Shown one piece after another: positions 11,601-27,800 of a stretch of 64,000 bases of DNA. The position numbers and the translations under genes are program-made. Source of the stretch: Auanema rhodensis (taxonomy: Eukaryota; Animalia; Nematoda); contig CAXKVF010000072.1 in assembly GCA_964057225.1 (NCBI GenBank), forward strand, positions 62,001 to 126,000, given 5' to 3'. Under the pieces are notes generated by a model. That model saw nothing but the letters and a program-made list of their open reading frames with translations. It did no database searches and had not been told where the DNA came from. The stretch's first letter is position 1, and each line of letters begins with the position of its first letter.

Positions 11601-14119
11601 AGACTAATATGGACATGGGGAATCTAATTTTGAAAACCGCATCACTTTATCTTTCACGTGAAGCGAGTTACATACCAAGTGCACATCACGTGTACATTTA
11701 ATTAGCATAAATTAAAGTTCACGTAAATTTCAAAGTCATGGTTACCATGCACCAATATCAATAAAAATTTGTTTTTAGACTAATATGGACATGGGGAATC
11801 TAATTTTGAAAACCGCATCTCTTTATATTTCACGTGAAGCGAGTTACATACCAAGTGCACATCACGTGTACATTTAATTAGCATAAATTAAAGTTCACGT
11901 AAATTTCAAAGTCATGGTTACCATGAACCAATATCAATAAAAATTTGTTTTTAGACTAATATGGACATGGGGAATCTAATTTTGAAAACCGCATCTCTTT
12001 ATCTTTCACGTGAAGCGAGTTACATACCAAGTGCCCATCACGTGTACATTCAATTAGCATAAATTAAAGTTCACGTAAATTTCAAAGTCATGGTTACCAT
12101 GCACCAATATCAATAAAAATTTGTTTTTAGACTAATATGGACATGGGGAATCTAATTTTGAAAACCGCATCTCTTTATCTTTCACGTGAAGCGAGTTACA
12201 TACCAAGTGCACATCACGTGTACATTTAATTAGCATAAATTAAAGTTCACGTAAATTTCAAAGTCATGGTTACCATGAACCAATATCAATAAAAATTTGT
12301 TTTTAGACTAATATGTACATGGGGAATCTAATTTTGAAAACCGCATCTCTTTATCTTTCACGTGAAGCGAGTTACATACCAAGTGCACATCACGTGTACA
12401 ATTAATTAGCATAAATTAAAGTTCACGTAAATTTCAAAGTCATGGTTACCATGAACCAATATCAATAAAAATTTGTTTTTAGACTAATATGGACATGGGG
12501 AATCTAATTTTGAAAACCGCATTTCTTTATCTTTCACGTGAAGCGAGTTACATACCAAGTGCACATCACGTGTACATTTAATTAGCATAAATTAAAGTTC
12601 ACGTAAATTTCAAAGTCATGGTTACCATGAACCAATATCAATAAAAATTTGTTTTTAGACTAATATGGACATGGGGAATCAAATTTTGAAAACCGCATCT
12701 CTTTATCTTTCACGTGAAGCGAGTTACATACTAAGTGCACATCACGTGTACATTTAATTAGCATAAATTAAAGTTCACGTAAATTTCAAAGTCATGGTTA
12801 CCATGAACCAATATCAATAAAAATTTGTTTTTAGACTAATATGGACATGGGGAATCTAATTTTGAAAACCGCATCACTTTATCTTTCACGTGAAGCGAGT
12901 TACATACCAAGTGCACATCACGTGTTCATTTAATTAGCATAAATTAAAGTTCACGTAAATTTCAAAGTCATGGTTACCATGCACCAATATCAATAAAAAT
13001 TTGTTTTTAGACTAATATGGACATGGGGAATCTAATGTTGAAAACCGCATCTTTTTATCTTTCACGTGAAGCGAGTTACATACCAAGTGCACATCACGTG
13101 TACATTTAATTAGCATAAATTAAAGTTCACGTAAATTTCAAAGTCATGGTTACCATGAACCAATATCAATAAAAATTTGTTTTTACACTAATATGGACAT
13201 GGGGAATCTAATTTTGAAAACCGCATCTCTTTATCTTCCACGTGAAGCGAGTTACATACCAAGTGCACATCACGTGTACATTTAATTAGCATAAATTAAA
13301 GTTCACGTAAATTTCAAAGTCATGGTTACCATGAACCAATATCAATAAAAATTTGTTTTTAGACTAATATGGACATGGGGAATCTAATTTTGAAAACCGC
13401 ATTTCTTTATCTTTCACGTGAAGCGAGTTACATACCAAGTGCACATCACGTGTACATTTAATTAGCATAAATTAAAGTTCACGTAAATTTCAAAGTCATG
13501 GTTACCATGAACCAATATCAATAAAAATTTGTTTTTAGACTAATATGGACATGGGGAATCAAATTTTGAAAACCGCATCTCTTTATCTTTCACGTGAAGC
13601 GAGTTACATACCAAGTGCACATCACGTGTACATTTAATTAGCATAAATTAAAGTTCACGTAAATTTCAAAGTCATGGTTACCATGAACCAATATCAATAA
13701 AAATTTGTTTTTAGACTAATATGGACATGGGGAATCTAATTTTGAAAACCGCATCACTTTATCTTTCACGTGAAGCGAGTTACATACCAAGTGCACATCA
13801 CGTGTACATTTAATTAGCATAAATTAAAGTTCACGTAAATTTCAAAGTCATGGTTACCATGCACCAATATCAATAAAAATTTGTTTTTAGACTAATATGG
13901 ACATGGGGAATCTAATGTTGAAAACCGAATCTCTTTATCTTCCACGTGAAGCGAGTTACATACCAAGTGCACATCACGTGTACATTTAATTAGCATAAAT
14001 TAAAGTTCACGTAAATTTCAAAGTCATGGTTACCATGCACCAATATCAATAAAAATTTGTTTTTAGACTAATATGGACATGGGGAATCAAATTTTGAAAA
14101 CCGCATCTCTTTATCTTTC

Positions 14120-17100
14120 ACGTGAAGCGAGTTACATACCAAGTGCACATCACGTGTACATTTAATTAGCATAAATTAAAGTTCACGTAAATTTCAAAGT
14201 CATGGTTACCATGAACCAATATCAATAAAAATTTGTTTTTAGACTAATATGGACATGGGGAATCTAATTTTGAAAACCGCATCTCTTTATCTTTCACGTG
14301 AAGCGAGTTACATACCAAGTGCACATCACGTGTACATTTAATTAGCATAAATTAAAGTTCACGTAAATTTCAAAGTCATGGTTACCATGCACCAATATCA
14401 ATAAAAATTTGTTTTTAGACTAATATGGACATGGGGAATCTAATTTTGAAAACCGCATCTCTTTATATTTCACGTGAAGCGAGTTACATACCAAGTGCAC
14501 ATCACGTGTACATTTAATTAGCATAAATTAAAGTTCACGTAAATTTCAAAGTCATGGTTACCATGAACCAATATCAATAAAAATTTGTTTTTAGACTAAT
14601 ATGGACATGGGGAATCTAATTTTGAAAACCGCATCTCTTTATCTTTCACGTGAAGCGAGTTACATACCGAGTGCACATCACGTGTACATTTAATTAGCAT
14701 AAATTAAAGTTCACGTAAATTTCAAAGTCATGGTTACCATGCACCAATATCAATAAAAAATTGTTTTTAGACTAATATGGACATGGGAAATCTAATTTTG
14801 AAAACCGCATCTCTTTATCTTCCACGTGAAGCGAGTTACATACCAAGTGCACATCACGTGTACATTTAATTAGCATAAATTAAAGTTCACGTAAATTTCA
14901 AAGTCATGGTTACCATGAACCAATATTAATAAAAATTTGTTTTTAGACTAATATGTACATGGGGAATCTAATTTTGAAAACCGCATCTCTTTATCTTTCA
15001 CGTGAAGCGAGTTACATACCAAGTGCACATCACGTGTACATTTAATTAGCATAAATTAAAGTTCACGTAAATTTCAAAGTCATGGTTACCATGCACCAAT
15101 ATCAATAAAAATCTGTTTTTAGACTAATATGGACATGGGGAATCAAAATTTTGAAAACCGCATCTCTTTATCTTTCACGTGAAGCGAGTTACATACCAAG
15201 TGCACATCACGTGTACATTTAATTAGCATAAATTAAAGTTCACGTAAATTTCAAAGTCATTGTTACCATGCACCAATATCAATAAAAATTTGTTTTTAGA
15301 CTAATATGGACATGGGGAATCTAATTTTGAAAACCGCATCTCTTTATCTTTCACGTGAAGCGAGTTACATATCAAGTGCACATCACGTGTACATTTAATT
15401 AGCATAAATTAAAGTTCACGTAAATTTCAAAGTCATGGTTACCATTAACCAATATCAATAAAAATTTGTTTTTAGACTAATATGGACATGGGGAATCTAA
15501 TTTTGAAAACCGCATCTCTTTATCTTTCACGTGAAGCGAGTTACTAACCAAGTGCACATCACGTGTACATTTAATTAGCATAAATTAAAGTTCACGTAAA
15601 TTTCAAAGTCATGGTTACCATGCACCAATATCAATAAAAATTTGTTTTTAGACTAATATGGACATGGGGAATCTAATTTTGAAAACCGCATCTCTTTATC
15701 TTTCACGTGAAGCGAGTTACATACCAAGTGCACATCACGTGTACATTTAATTAGCATAAATTAAAGTTCACGTAAATTTCAAAGTCATGGTTACCATGCA
15801 CCAATATCAATAAAAATTTGTTTTTAGACTAATATGGACATGGGGAATCTAATTTTGAAAACCGCATCTCTTTATCTTTCACGTGAAGCGAGTTACATAT
15901 CAAGTGCACATCACGTGTACATTTAATTAGCATAAATTAAAGTTCACGTAAATTTCAAAGTCATGGTTACCATGAACCAATATCAATAAAAATTTGTTTT
16001 TAGACTAATATGGACATGGGGAATCTAATTTTGAAAACCGCATCTCTTTATCTTCCACGTGAAGCGAGTTACATACCAAGTGCACATCACGTGTACATTT
16101 AATTAGCATAAATTAAAGTTCACGTAAATTTCAAAGTCATGGTTACCATGAACCAATATCAATAAAAATTTGTTTTTAGACTAATATGGACATGGGGAAT
16201 CTAATTTTGAAAACCGCATCTCTTTATCTTCCACGTGAAGCGAGTTACATACCAAGTGCACATCACGTGTACATTTAATTAGCATAAATTAAAGTTCACG
16301 TAAATTTCAAAGTCATGGTTACCATGAACCAATATCAATAAAAATTTGTTTTTAGACTAATATGGACATGGGGAATCTAATTTTGAAAACCGCATCTCTT
16401 TATCTTTCACGTGAAGCGAGTTACATACCAAGTGCACATCACGTGTACATTTAATTAGCATAAATTAAAGTTCACGTAAATTTCAAAGTCATGGTTACCA
16501 TGAACCAATATCAATAAAAATTTGTTTTTAGACTAATATGGACATGGGGAATCTAATTTTGAAAACCGCATCTCTTTATCTTTCACGTGAAGCGAGTTAC
16601 ATACCAAGTGCACATCACGTGTACATTTAATTAGCATAAATTAAAGTTCACGTAAATTTCAAAGTCATGGTTACCATGCACCAATATCAATAAAAATTTG
16701 TTTTTAGACTAATATGGACATGGGGAATCTAATTTTGAAAACCGCATCTCTTTATCTTCCACGTGAAGCGAGTTACATACCAAGTGCACATCACGTGTAC
16801 ATTTAATTAGCATAAATTAAAGTTCACGTAAATTTCAAAGTCATGGTTACCATGAACCAATATCAATAAAAATTTGTTTTTAGACTAATATGGACATGGG
16901 GAATCTAATTTTGAAAACCGCATCTCTTTATCTTTCACGTGAAGCGAGTTACATACCAAGTGCACATCACGTGTACATTTAATTAGCATAAATTAAAGTT
17001 CACGTAAATTTCAAAGTCATGGTTACCATGCACCAATATCAATAAAAATTTGTTTTTAGACTAATATGGACATGGGGAATCTAATTTTGAAAACCGCATC

Positions 17101-18840
17101 TCTTTATATTTCACGTGAAGCGAGTTACATACCAAGTGCACATCACGTGTACATTTAATTAGCATAAATTAAAGTTCACGTAAATTTCAAAGTCATGGTT
17201 ACCATGAACCAATATCAATAAAAATTTGTTTTTAGACTAATATGGACATGGGGAATCTAATTTTGAAAACCGCATCTCTTTATCTTTCACGTGAAGCGAG
17301 TTACATACCGAGTGCACATCACGTGTACATTTAATTAGCATAAATTAAAGTTCACGTAAATTTCAAAGTCATGGTTACCATGCACCAATATCAATAAAAA
17401 ATTGTTTTTAGACTAATATGGACATGGGAAATCTAATTTTGAAAACCGCATCTCTTTATCTTCCACGTGAAGCGAGTTACATACCAAGTGCACATCACGT
17501 GTACATTTAATTAGCATAAATTAAAGTTCACGTAAATTTCAAAGTCATGGTTACCATGAACCAATATTAATAAAAATTTGTTTTTAGACTAATATGTACA
17601 TGGGGAATCTAATTTTGAAAACCGCATCTCTTTATCTTTCACGTGAAGCGAGTTACATACCAAGTGCACATCACGTGTACATTTAATTAGCATAAATTAA
17701 AGTTCACGTAAATTTCAAAGTCATGGTTACCATGCACCAATATCAATAAAAATCTGTTTTTAGACTAATATGGACATGGGGAATCAAAATTTTGAAAACC
17801 GCATCTCTTTATCTTTCACGTGAAGCGAGTTACATACCAAGTGCACATCACGTGTACATTTAATTAGCATAAATTAAAGTTCACGTAAATTTCAAAGTCA
17901 TTGTTACCATGCACCAATATCAATAAAAATTTGTTTTTAGACTAATATGGACATGGGGAATCTAATTTTGAAAACCGCATCTCTTTATCTTTCACGTGAA
18001 GCGAGTTACATATCAAGTGCACATCACGTGTACATTTAATTAGCATAAATTAAAGTTCACGTAAATTTCAAAGTCATGGTTACCATTAACCAATATCAAT
18101 AAAAATTTGTTTTTAGACTAATATGGACATGGGGAATCTAATTTTGAAAACCGCATCTCTTTATCTTTCACGTGAAGCGAGTTACTAACCAAGTGCACAT
18201 CACGTGTACATTTAATTAGCATAAATTAAAGTTCACGTAAATTTCAAAGTCATGGTTACCATGCACCAATATCAATAAAAATTTGTTTTTAGACTAATAT
18301 GGACATGGGGAATCTAATTTTGAAAACCGCATCTCTTTATCTTTCACGTGAAGCGAGTTACATACCAAGTGCACATCACGTGTACATTTAATTAGCATAA
18401 ATTAAAGTTCACGTAAATTTCAAAGTCATGGTTACCATGCACCAATATCAATAAAAATTTGTTTTTAGACTAATATGGACATGGGGAATCTAATTTTGAA
18501 AACCGCATCTCTTTATCTTTCACGTGAAGCGAGTTACATATCAAGTGCACATCACGTGTACATTTAATTAGCATAAATTAAAGTTCACGTAAATTTCAAA
18601 GTCATGGTTACCATGAACCAATATCAATAAAAATTTGTTTTTAGACTAATATGGACATGGGGAATCTAATTTTGAAAACCGCATCTCTTTATCTTCCACG
18701 TGAAGCGAGTTACATACCAAGTGCACATCACGTGTACATTTAATTAGCATAAATTAAAGTTCACGTAAATTTCAAAGTCATGGTTACCATGAACCAATAT
18801 CAATAAAAATTTGTTTTTAGACTAATATGGACATGGGGAA
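14120..18840. repeat. Duplication with a 15-monomer period (2641 bp)
   Basis: CCGAGTG variant base at 14669/17310, AAAAAATTG variant at 14760/17401, TCAAAATTTTGA at 15143/17784, TTACTAACC at 15541/18182. Confidence 0.92.
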
Positions 18841-21800
18841 TCAAATTTTGAAAACCGCATCTCTTTATCTTTCACGTGAAGCGAGTTACATACCAAGTGC
18901 ACATCACGTGTACATTTAATTAGCATAAATTAAAGTTCACGTAAATTTCAAAGTCATGGTTACCATGAACCAATATCAATAAAAATTTGTTTTTAGACTA
19001 ATATGGACATGGGGAATCTAATTTTGAAAACCGCATCTCTTTATCTTTCACGTGAAGCGAGTTACATACCAAGTGCACATCACGTGTACATTTAATTAGC
19101 ATAAATTAAAGTTCACGTAAATTTCAAAGTCATGGTTACCATGAACCAATATCAATAAAAATTTGTTTTTAGACTAATATGGACATGGGGAATCTAATTT
19201 TGAAAACCGCATCTCTTTATCTTTCACGTGAAGCGAGTTACATACCAAGTGCACATCACGTGTACATTTAATTAGCATAAATTAAAGTTCACGTAAATTT
19301 CAAAGTCATGGTTACCATGCACCAATATCAATAAAAATTTGTTTTTAGACTAATATGGACATGGGGAATCTAATTTTGAAAACCGCATCTCTTTATCTTC
19401 CACGTGAAGCGAGTTACATACCAAGTGCACATCACGTGTACATTTAATTAGCATAAATTAAAGTTCACGTAAATTTCAAAGTCATGGTTACCATGAACCA
19501 ATATCAATAAAAATTTGTTTTTAAACTAATATGGACATGGGGAATCTAATTTTGAAAACCGCATCTCTTTATCTTCCACGTGAAGCGAGTTACATACCAA
19601 GTGCACATCACGTGTACATTTAATTAGCATAAATTAAAGTTCACGTAAATTTCAAAGTCATGGTTACCATGAACCAATATCAATAAAAATTTGTTTTTAG
19701 ACTAATATGGACATGGGGAATCAAATTTTGAAAACCGCATCTCTTTATCTTTCACGTGAAGCGAGTTACATACCAAGTGCACATCACGTGTACATTTAAT
19801 TAGCATAAATTAAAGTTCACGTAAATTTCAAAGTCATGGTTACCATGAACCAATATCAATAAAAATTTGTTTTTAGACTAATATGGACATGGGGAATCTA
19901 ATTTTGAAAACCGCATCACTTTATCTTTCACGTGAAGCGAGTTACATACCAAGTGCACATCACGTGTACATTTAATTAGCATAAATTAAAGTTCACGTAA
20001 ATTTCAAAGTCATGGTTACCATGCACCAATATCAATAAAAATTTGTTTTTAGACTAATATGGACATGGGGAATCTAATTTTGAAAACCGCATCTCTTTAT
20101 ATTTCACGTGAAGCGAGTTCCATACCAAGTGCACATCACATGTACATTTAATTAGCATAAATTAAAGTTCACGTAAATTTCAAAGTCATGGTTACCATGA
20201 ACCAATATCAATAAAAATTTGTTTTTAGACTAATATGGACATGGGGAATCTAATTTTGAAAACCGCATCTCTTTATCTTTCACGTGAAGCGAGTTACATA
20301 CCAAGTGCACATCACGTGTACATTTAATTAGCATAAATTAAAGTTCACGTAAATTTCAAAGTCATGGTTACCATGCACCAATATCAATAAAAATTTGTTT
20401 TTAGACTAATATGGACATGGGGAATCTAATTTTGAAAACCGCATCTCTTTATCTTTCACGTGAAGCGAGTTACATACCAAGTGCACATCACGTGTACATT
20501 TAATTAGCATAAATTAAAGTTCACGTAAATTTCAAAGTCATGGTTACCATGAACCAATATCAATAAAAATTTGTTTTTAGACTAATATGTACATGGGGAA
20601 TCTAATTTTGAAAACCGCATCTCTTTATCTTTCACGTGAAGCGAGTTACATACCAAGTGCACATCACGTGTACAATTAATTAGCATAAATTAAAGTTCAC
20701 GTAAATTTCAAAGTCATGGTTACCATGAACCAATATCAATAAAAATTTGTTTTTAGACTAATATGGACATGGGGAATCTAATTTTGAAAACCGCATTTCT
20801 TTATCTTTCACGTGAAGCGAGTTACATACCAAGTGCACATCACGTGTACATTTAATTAGCATAAATTAAAGTTCACGTAAATTTCAAAGTCATGGTTACC
20901 ATGAACCAATATCAATAAAAATTTGTTTTTAGACTAATATGGACATGGGGAATCAAATTTTGAAAACCGCATCTCTTTATCTTTCACGTGAAGCGAGTTA
21001 CATACCAAGTGCACATCACGTGTACATTTAATTAGCATAAATTAAAGTTCACGTAAATTTCAAAGTCATGGTTACCATGAACCAATATCAATAAAAATTT
21101 GTTTTTAGACTAATATGGACATGGGGAATCTAATTTTGAAAACCGCATCACTTTATCTTTCACGTGAAGCGAGTTACATACCAAGTGCACATCACGTGTA
21201 CATTTAATTAGCATAAATTAAAGTTCACGTAAATTTCAAAGTCATGGTTACCATGCACCAATATCAATAAAAATTTGTTTTTAGACTAATATGGACATGG
21301 GGAATCTAATGTTGAAAACCGCATCTTTTTATCTTTCACGTGAAGCGAGTTACATACCAAGTGCACATCACGTGTACATTTAATTAGCATAAATTAAAGT
21401 TCACGTAAATTTCAAAGTCATGGTTACCATGAACCAATATCAATAAAAATTTGTTTTTACACTAATATGGACATGGGGAATCTAATTTTGAAAACCGCAT
21501 CTCTTTATCTTCCACGTGAAGCGAGTTACATACCAAGTGCACATCACGTGTACATTTAATTAGCATAAATTAAAGTTCACGTAAATTTCAAAGTCATGGT
21601 TACCATGAACCAATATCAATAAAAATTTGTTTTTAGACTAATATGGACATGGGGAATCTAATTTTGAAAACCGCATTTCTTTATCTTTCACGTGAAGCGA
21701 GTTACATACCAAGTGCACATCACGTGTACATTTAATTAGCATAAATTAAAGTTCACGTAAATTTCAAAGTCATGGTTACCATGAACCAATATCAATAAAA

Positions 21801-24800
21801 ATTTGTTTTTAGACTAATATGGACATGGGGAATCAAATTTTGAAAACCGCATCTCTTTATCTTTCACGTGAAGCGAGTTACATACCAAGTGCACATCACG
21901 TGTACATTTAATTAGCATAAATTAAAGTTCACGTAAATTTCAAAGTCATGGTTACCATGAACCAATATCAATAAAAATTTGTTTTTAGACTAATATGGAC
22001 ATGGGGAATCTAATTTTGAAAACCGCATCACTTTATCTTTCACGTGAAGCGAGTTACATACCAAGTGCACATCACGTGTACATTTAATTAGCATAAATTA
22101 AAGTTCACGTAAATTTCAAAGTCATGGTTACCATGAACCAATATCAATAAAAATTTGTTTTTAGACTAATATGGACATGGGGAATCTAATTTTGAAAACC
22201 GCATTTCTTTATCTTTCACGTGAAGCGAGTTACATACCAAGTGCACATCACGTGTACATTTAATTAGCATAAATTAAAGTTCACGTAAATTTCAAAGTCA
22301 TGGTTACCATGAACCAATATCAATAAAAATTTGTTTTTAGACTAATATGGACATGGGGAATCTAATTTTGAAAACCGCATCTCTTTATCTTCCACGTGAA
22401 GCGAGTTACATACCAAGTGCACATCACGTGTACATTTAATTAGCATAAATTAAAGTTCACGTAAATTTCAAAGTCATGGTTACCATGAACCAATATCAAT
22501 AAAAATTTGTTTTTAGACTAATATGGACATGGGGAATCTAATTTTGAAAACCGCATTTCTTTATCTTTCACGTGAAGCGAGTTACATACCAAGTGCACAT
22601 CACGTGTACATTTAATTAGCATAAATTAAAGTTCACGTAAATTTCAAAGTCATGGTTACCATGAACCAATATCAATAAAAATTTGTTTTTAGACTAATAT
22701 GGACATGGGGAATCAAATTTTGAAAACCGCATCTCTTTATCTTTCACGTGAAGCGAGTTACATACCAAGTGCACATCACGTGTACATTTAATTAGCATAA
22801 ATTAAAGTTCACGTAAATTTCAAAGTCATGGTTACCATGAACCAATATCAATAAAAATTTGTTTTTAGACTAATATGGACATGGGGAATCTAATTTTGAA
22901 AACCGCATCACTTTATCTTTCACGTGAAGCGAGTTACATACCAAGTGCACATCACGTGTACATTTAATTAGCATAAATTAAAGTTCACGTAAATTTCAAA
23001 GTCATGGTTACCATGCACCAATATCAATAAAAATTTGTTTTTAGACTAATATGGACATGGGGAATCTAATGTTGAAAACCGCATCTTTTTATCTTTCACG
23101 TGAAGCGAGTTACATACCAAGTGCACATCACGTGTACATTTAATTAGCATAAATTAAAGTTCACGTAAATTTCAAAGTCATGGTTACCATGAACCAATAT
23201 CAATAAAAATTTGTTTTTAGACTAATATGGACATGGGGAATCTAATTTTGAAAACCGCATCTCTTCATCTTCCACGTGAAGCGAGTTACATACCAAGTGC
23301 ACATCACGTGTACATTTAATTAGCATAAATTAAAGTTCACGTAAATTTCAAAGTCATGGTTACCATGAACCAATATCAATAAAAATTTGTTTTTAGACTA
23401 ATATGGACATGGGGAATCTAATTTTGAAAACCGCATCTCTTTATCTTCCACGTGAAGCGAGTTACATACCAAGTGCACATCACGTGTACATTTAATTAGC
23501 ATAAATTAAAGTTCACGTAAATTTCAAAGTCATGGTTACCATGAACCAATATCAATAAAAATTTGTTTTTAGACTAATATGGACATGGGGAATCAAATTT
23601 TGAAAACCGCATCTCTTTATCTTTCACGTGAAGCGAGTTACATACCAAGTGCACATCACGTGTACATTTAATTAGCATAAATTAAAGTTCACGTAAATTT
23701 CAAAGTCATGGTTACCATGAACCAATATCAATAAAAATTTGTTTTTAGACTAATATGGACATGGGGAATCTAATTTTGAAAACCGCATCACTTTATCTTT
23801 CACGTGAAGCGAGTTACATACCAAGTGCACATCACGTGTACATTTAATTAGCATAAATTAAAGTTCACGTAAATTTCAAAGTCATGGTTACCATGCACCA
23901 ATATCAATAAAAATTTGTTTTTAGACTAATATGGACATGGGGAATCTAATTTTGAAAACCGCATCTCTTTATATTTCACGTGAAGCGAGTTACATACCAA
24001 GTGCACATCACGTGTACATTTAATTAGCATAAATTAAAGTTCACGTAAATTTCAAAGTCATGGTTACCATGAACCAATATCAATAAAAATTTGTTTTTAG
24101 ACTAATATGGACATGGGGAATCTAATTTTGAAAACCGCATCTCTTTATCTTTCACGTGAAGCGAGTTACATACCAAGTGCACATCACGTGTACATTTAAT
24201 TAGCATAAATTAAAGTTCACGTAAATTTCAAAGTCATGGTTACCATGCACCAATATCAATAAAAATTTGTTTTTAGACTAATATGGACATGGGGAATCTA
24301 ATTTTGAAAACCGCATCTCTTTATCTTGCACGTGAAGCGAGTTACATACCAAGTGCACATCACGTGTACATTTAATTAGCATAAATTAAAGTTCACGTAA
24401 ATTTCAAAGTCATGGTTACCATGAACCAATATCAATAAAATTTTGTTTTTAGACTAATATGTACATGGGGAATCTAATGTTGAAAACCGCATCTTTTTAT
24501 CTTTCACGTGAAGCGAGTTACATACCAAGTGCACATCACGTGTACATTTAATTAGCATAAATTAAAGTTCACGTAAATTTCAAAGTCATGGTTACCATGA
24601 ACCAATATCAATAAAAATTTGTTTTTAGACTAATATGGACATGGGGAATCTAATTTTGAAAACCGCATCTCTTCATCTTCCACGTGAAGCGAGTTACATA
24701 CCAAGTGCACATCACGTGTACATTTAATTAGCATAAATTGAAGTTCACGTAAATTTCAAAGTCATAGTTACCATGCACCAATATCAATAAAAATCTGTTT

Positions 24801-27800
24801 TTAGACTAATATGGACATGGGGAATCTAATTTTGAAAACCGCATCTCTTTATCTTTCACGTGAAGCGAGTTACATATCAAGTGCACATCACGTGTACATT
24901 TAATTAGCATAAATTAAAGTTCACGTAAATTTCAAAGTCATGGTTACCATTAACCAATATCAATAAAAATTTGTTTTTAGACTAATATGGACATGGGGAA
25001 TCTAATTTTGAAAACCGCATCTCTTTATCTTTCACGTGAAGCGAGTTACATACCAAGTGCACATCACGTGTACATTTAATTAGCATAAATTAAAGTTCAC
25101 GTAAATTTCAAAGTCATGGTTACCATGCACCAATATCAATAAAAATTTGTTTTTAGACTAATATGGACATGGGGAATCTAATTTTGAAAACCGCATCTCT
25201 TTATCTTTCACGTGAAGCGAGTTACATACCAAGTGCACATCACGTGTACATTTAATTAGCATAAATTAAAGTTCACGTAAATTTCAAAGTCATGGTTACC
25301 ATGAACCAATATCAATAAAAATTTGTTTTTAGACTAATATGGACATGGGGAATCTAATTTTGAAAACCGCATCTCTTTATCTTTCACGTGAAGCGAGTTA
25401 CATACCAAGTGCACATCACGTGTACATTTAATTAGCATAAATTAAAGTTCACGTAAATTTCAAAGTCATGGTTACCATGCACCAATATCAATAAAAATTT
25501 GTTTTTAGACTAATATGGACATGGGGAATCTAATGTTGAAAACCGCATCTCTTTATCTTTCACGTGAAGCGAGTTACATACCAAGTGCACATCACGTGTA
25601 CATTTAATTAGCATAAATTAAAGTTCACGTAAATTTCAAAGTCATGGTTACCATGCACCAATATCAATAAAAATTTGTTTTTAGACTAATATGTACATGG
25701 GGAATCTAATTTTGAAAACCGCATTTCTTTATCTTTCACGTGAAGCGAGTTACATACCAAGTGCACATCACGTGTACATTTAATTAGCATAAATTGAAGT
25801 TCACGTAAATTTCAAAGTCATAGTTACCATGCACCAATATCAATAAAAATCTGTTTTTAGACTAATATGGACATGGGGAATCTAATTTTGAAAACCGCAT
25901 CTCTTTATCTTTCACGTGAAGCGAGTTACATATCAAGTGCACATCACGTGTACATTTAATTAGCATAAATTAAAGTTCACGTAAATTTCAAAGTCATGGT
26001 TACCATTAACCAATATCAATAAAAATTTGTTTTTAGACTAATATGGACATGGGGAATCTAATTTTGAAAACCGCATCTCTTTATCTTTCACGTGAAGCGA
26101 GTTACATACCAAGTGCACATCACGTGTACATTTAATTAGCATAAATTAAAGTTCACGTAAATTTCAAAGTCATGGTTACCATGCACCAATATCAATAAAA
26201 ATTTGTTTTTAGACTAATATGGACATGGGGAATCTAATTTTGAAAACCGCATCTCTTTATCTTTCACGTGAAGCGAGTTACATACCAAGTGCACATCACG
26301 TGTACATTTAATTAGCATAAATTAAAGTTCACGTAAATTTCAAAGTCATGGTTACCATGAACCAATATCAATAAAAATTTGTTTTTAGACTAATATGGAC
26401 ATGGGGAATCTAATTTTGAAAACCGCATCTCTTTATCTTTCACGTGAAGCGAGTTACATACCAAGTGCACATCACGTGTACATTTAATTAGCATAAATTA
26501 AAGTTCACGTAAATTTCAAAGTCATGGTTACCATGCACCAAAATCAATAAAAATTTGTTTTTAGACTAATATGGACATGGGGAATCTAATTTTGAAAACC
26601 GCATCTCTTTATCTTCCACGTGAAGCGAGTTACATACCAAGTGCACATCACGTGTACATTTAATTAGCATAAATTAAAGTTCACGTAAATTTCAAAGTCA
26701 TGGTTACCATGCACCAATATCAATAAAAATTTGTTTTTAGACTAATATGGACATGGGGAATCTAATTTTGAAAACCGCATCTCTTTATCTTTCACGTGAA
26801 GCGAGTTACATACCAAGTGCACATCACGTGCACATTTAATTAGCATAAATTAAAGTTCACGTAAATTTCAAAGTCATGGTTACCATGCACCAATATCAAT
26901 AAAAATTTGTTTTTAGACTAATATGGACATGGGGAATCTAATGTTGAAAACCGCATCTCTTCATCTTTCACGTGAAGCGAGTTACATACCAAGTGCACAT
27001 CACGTGTACATTTAATTAGCATAAATTAAAGTTCACGTAAATTTCAAAGTCATGGTTACCATGAACCAATATCAATAAAAATTTGTTTTTAGACTAATAT
27101 GTAAATGGGGAATCTAATTTTGAAAACCGCATCTCTTTATCTTTCACGTGAAGCGAGTTACATACCAAGTGCACATCACGTGTACAATTAATTAGCATAA
27201 ATTAAAGTTCACGTAAATTTCAAAGTCATGGTTACCATGAACCAATATCAATAAAAATTTGTTTTTAGACTAATATGGACATGGGGAATCTAATTTTGAA
27301 AACCGCATTTCTTTATCTTTCACGTGAAGCGAGTTACATATCAAGTGCACATCACGTGTACATTTAATTAGCATAAATTAAAGTTCACGTAAATTTCAAA
27401 GTCATGGTTACCATGAACCAATATCAATAAAAATTTGTTTTTAGACTAATATGGACATGGGGAATCAAATTTTGAAAACCGCATCTCTTTATCTTTCACG
27501 TGAAGCGAGTTACATACCAAGTGCACATCACGTGTACATTTAATTAGCATAAATTAAAGTTCACGTAAATTTCAAAGTCATGGTTACCATGCACCAATAT
27601 CAATAAAAATTTGTTTTTAGACTAATATGGACATGGGGAATCTAATTTTGAAAACCGCATCTCTTTATCTTTCACGTGAAGCGAGTTACATACCAAGTGC
27701 ACATCACGTGTACATTTAATTAGCATAAATTAAAGTTCACGTAAATTTCAAAGTCATGGTTACCATGAACCAATATCAATAAAAATTTGTTTTTAGACTA

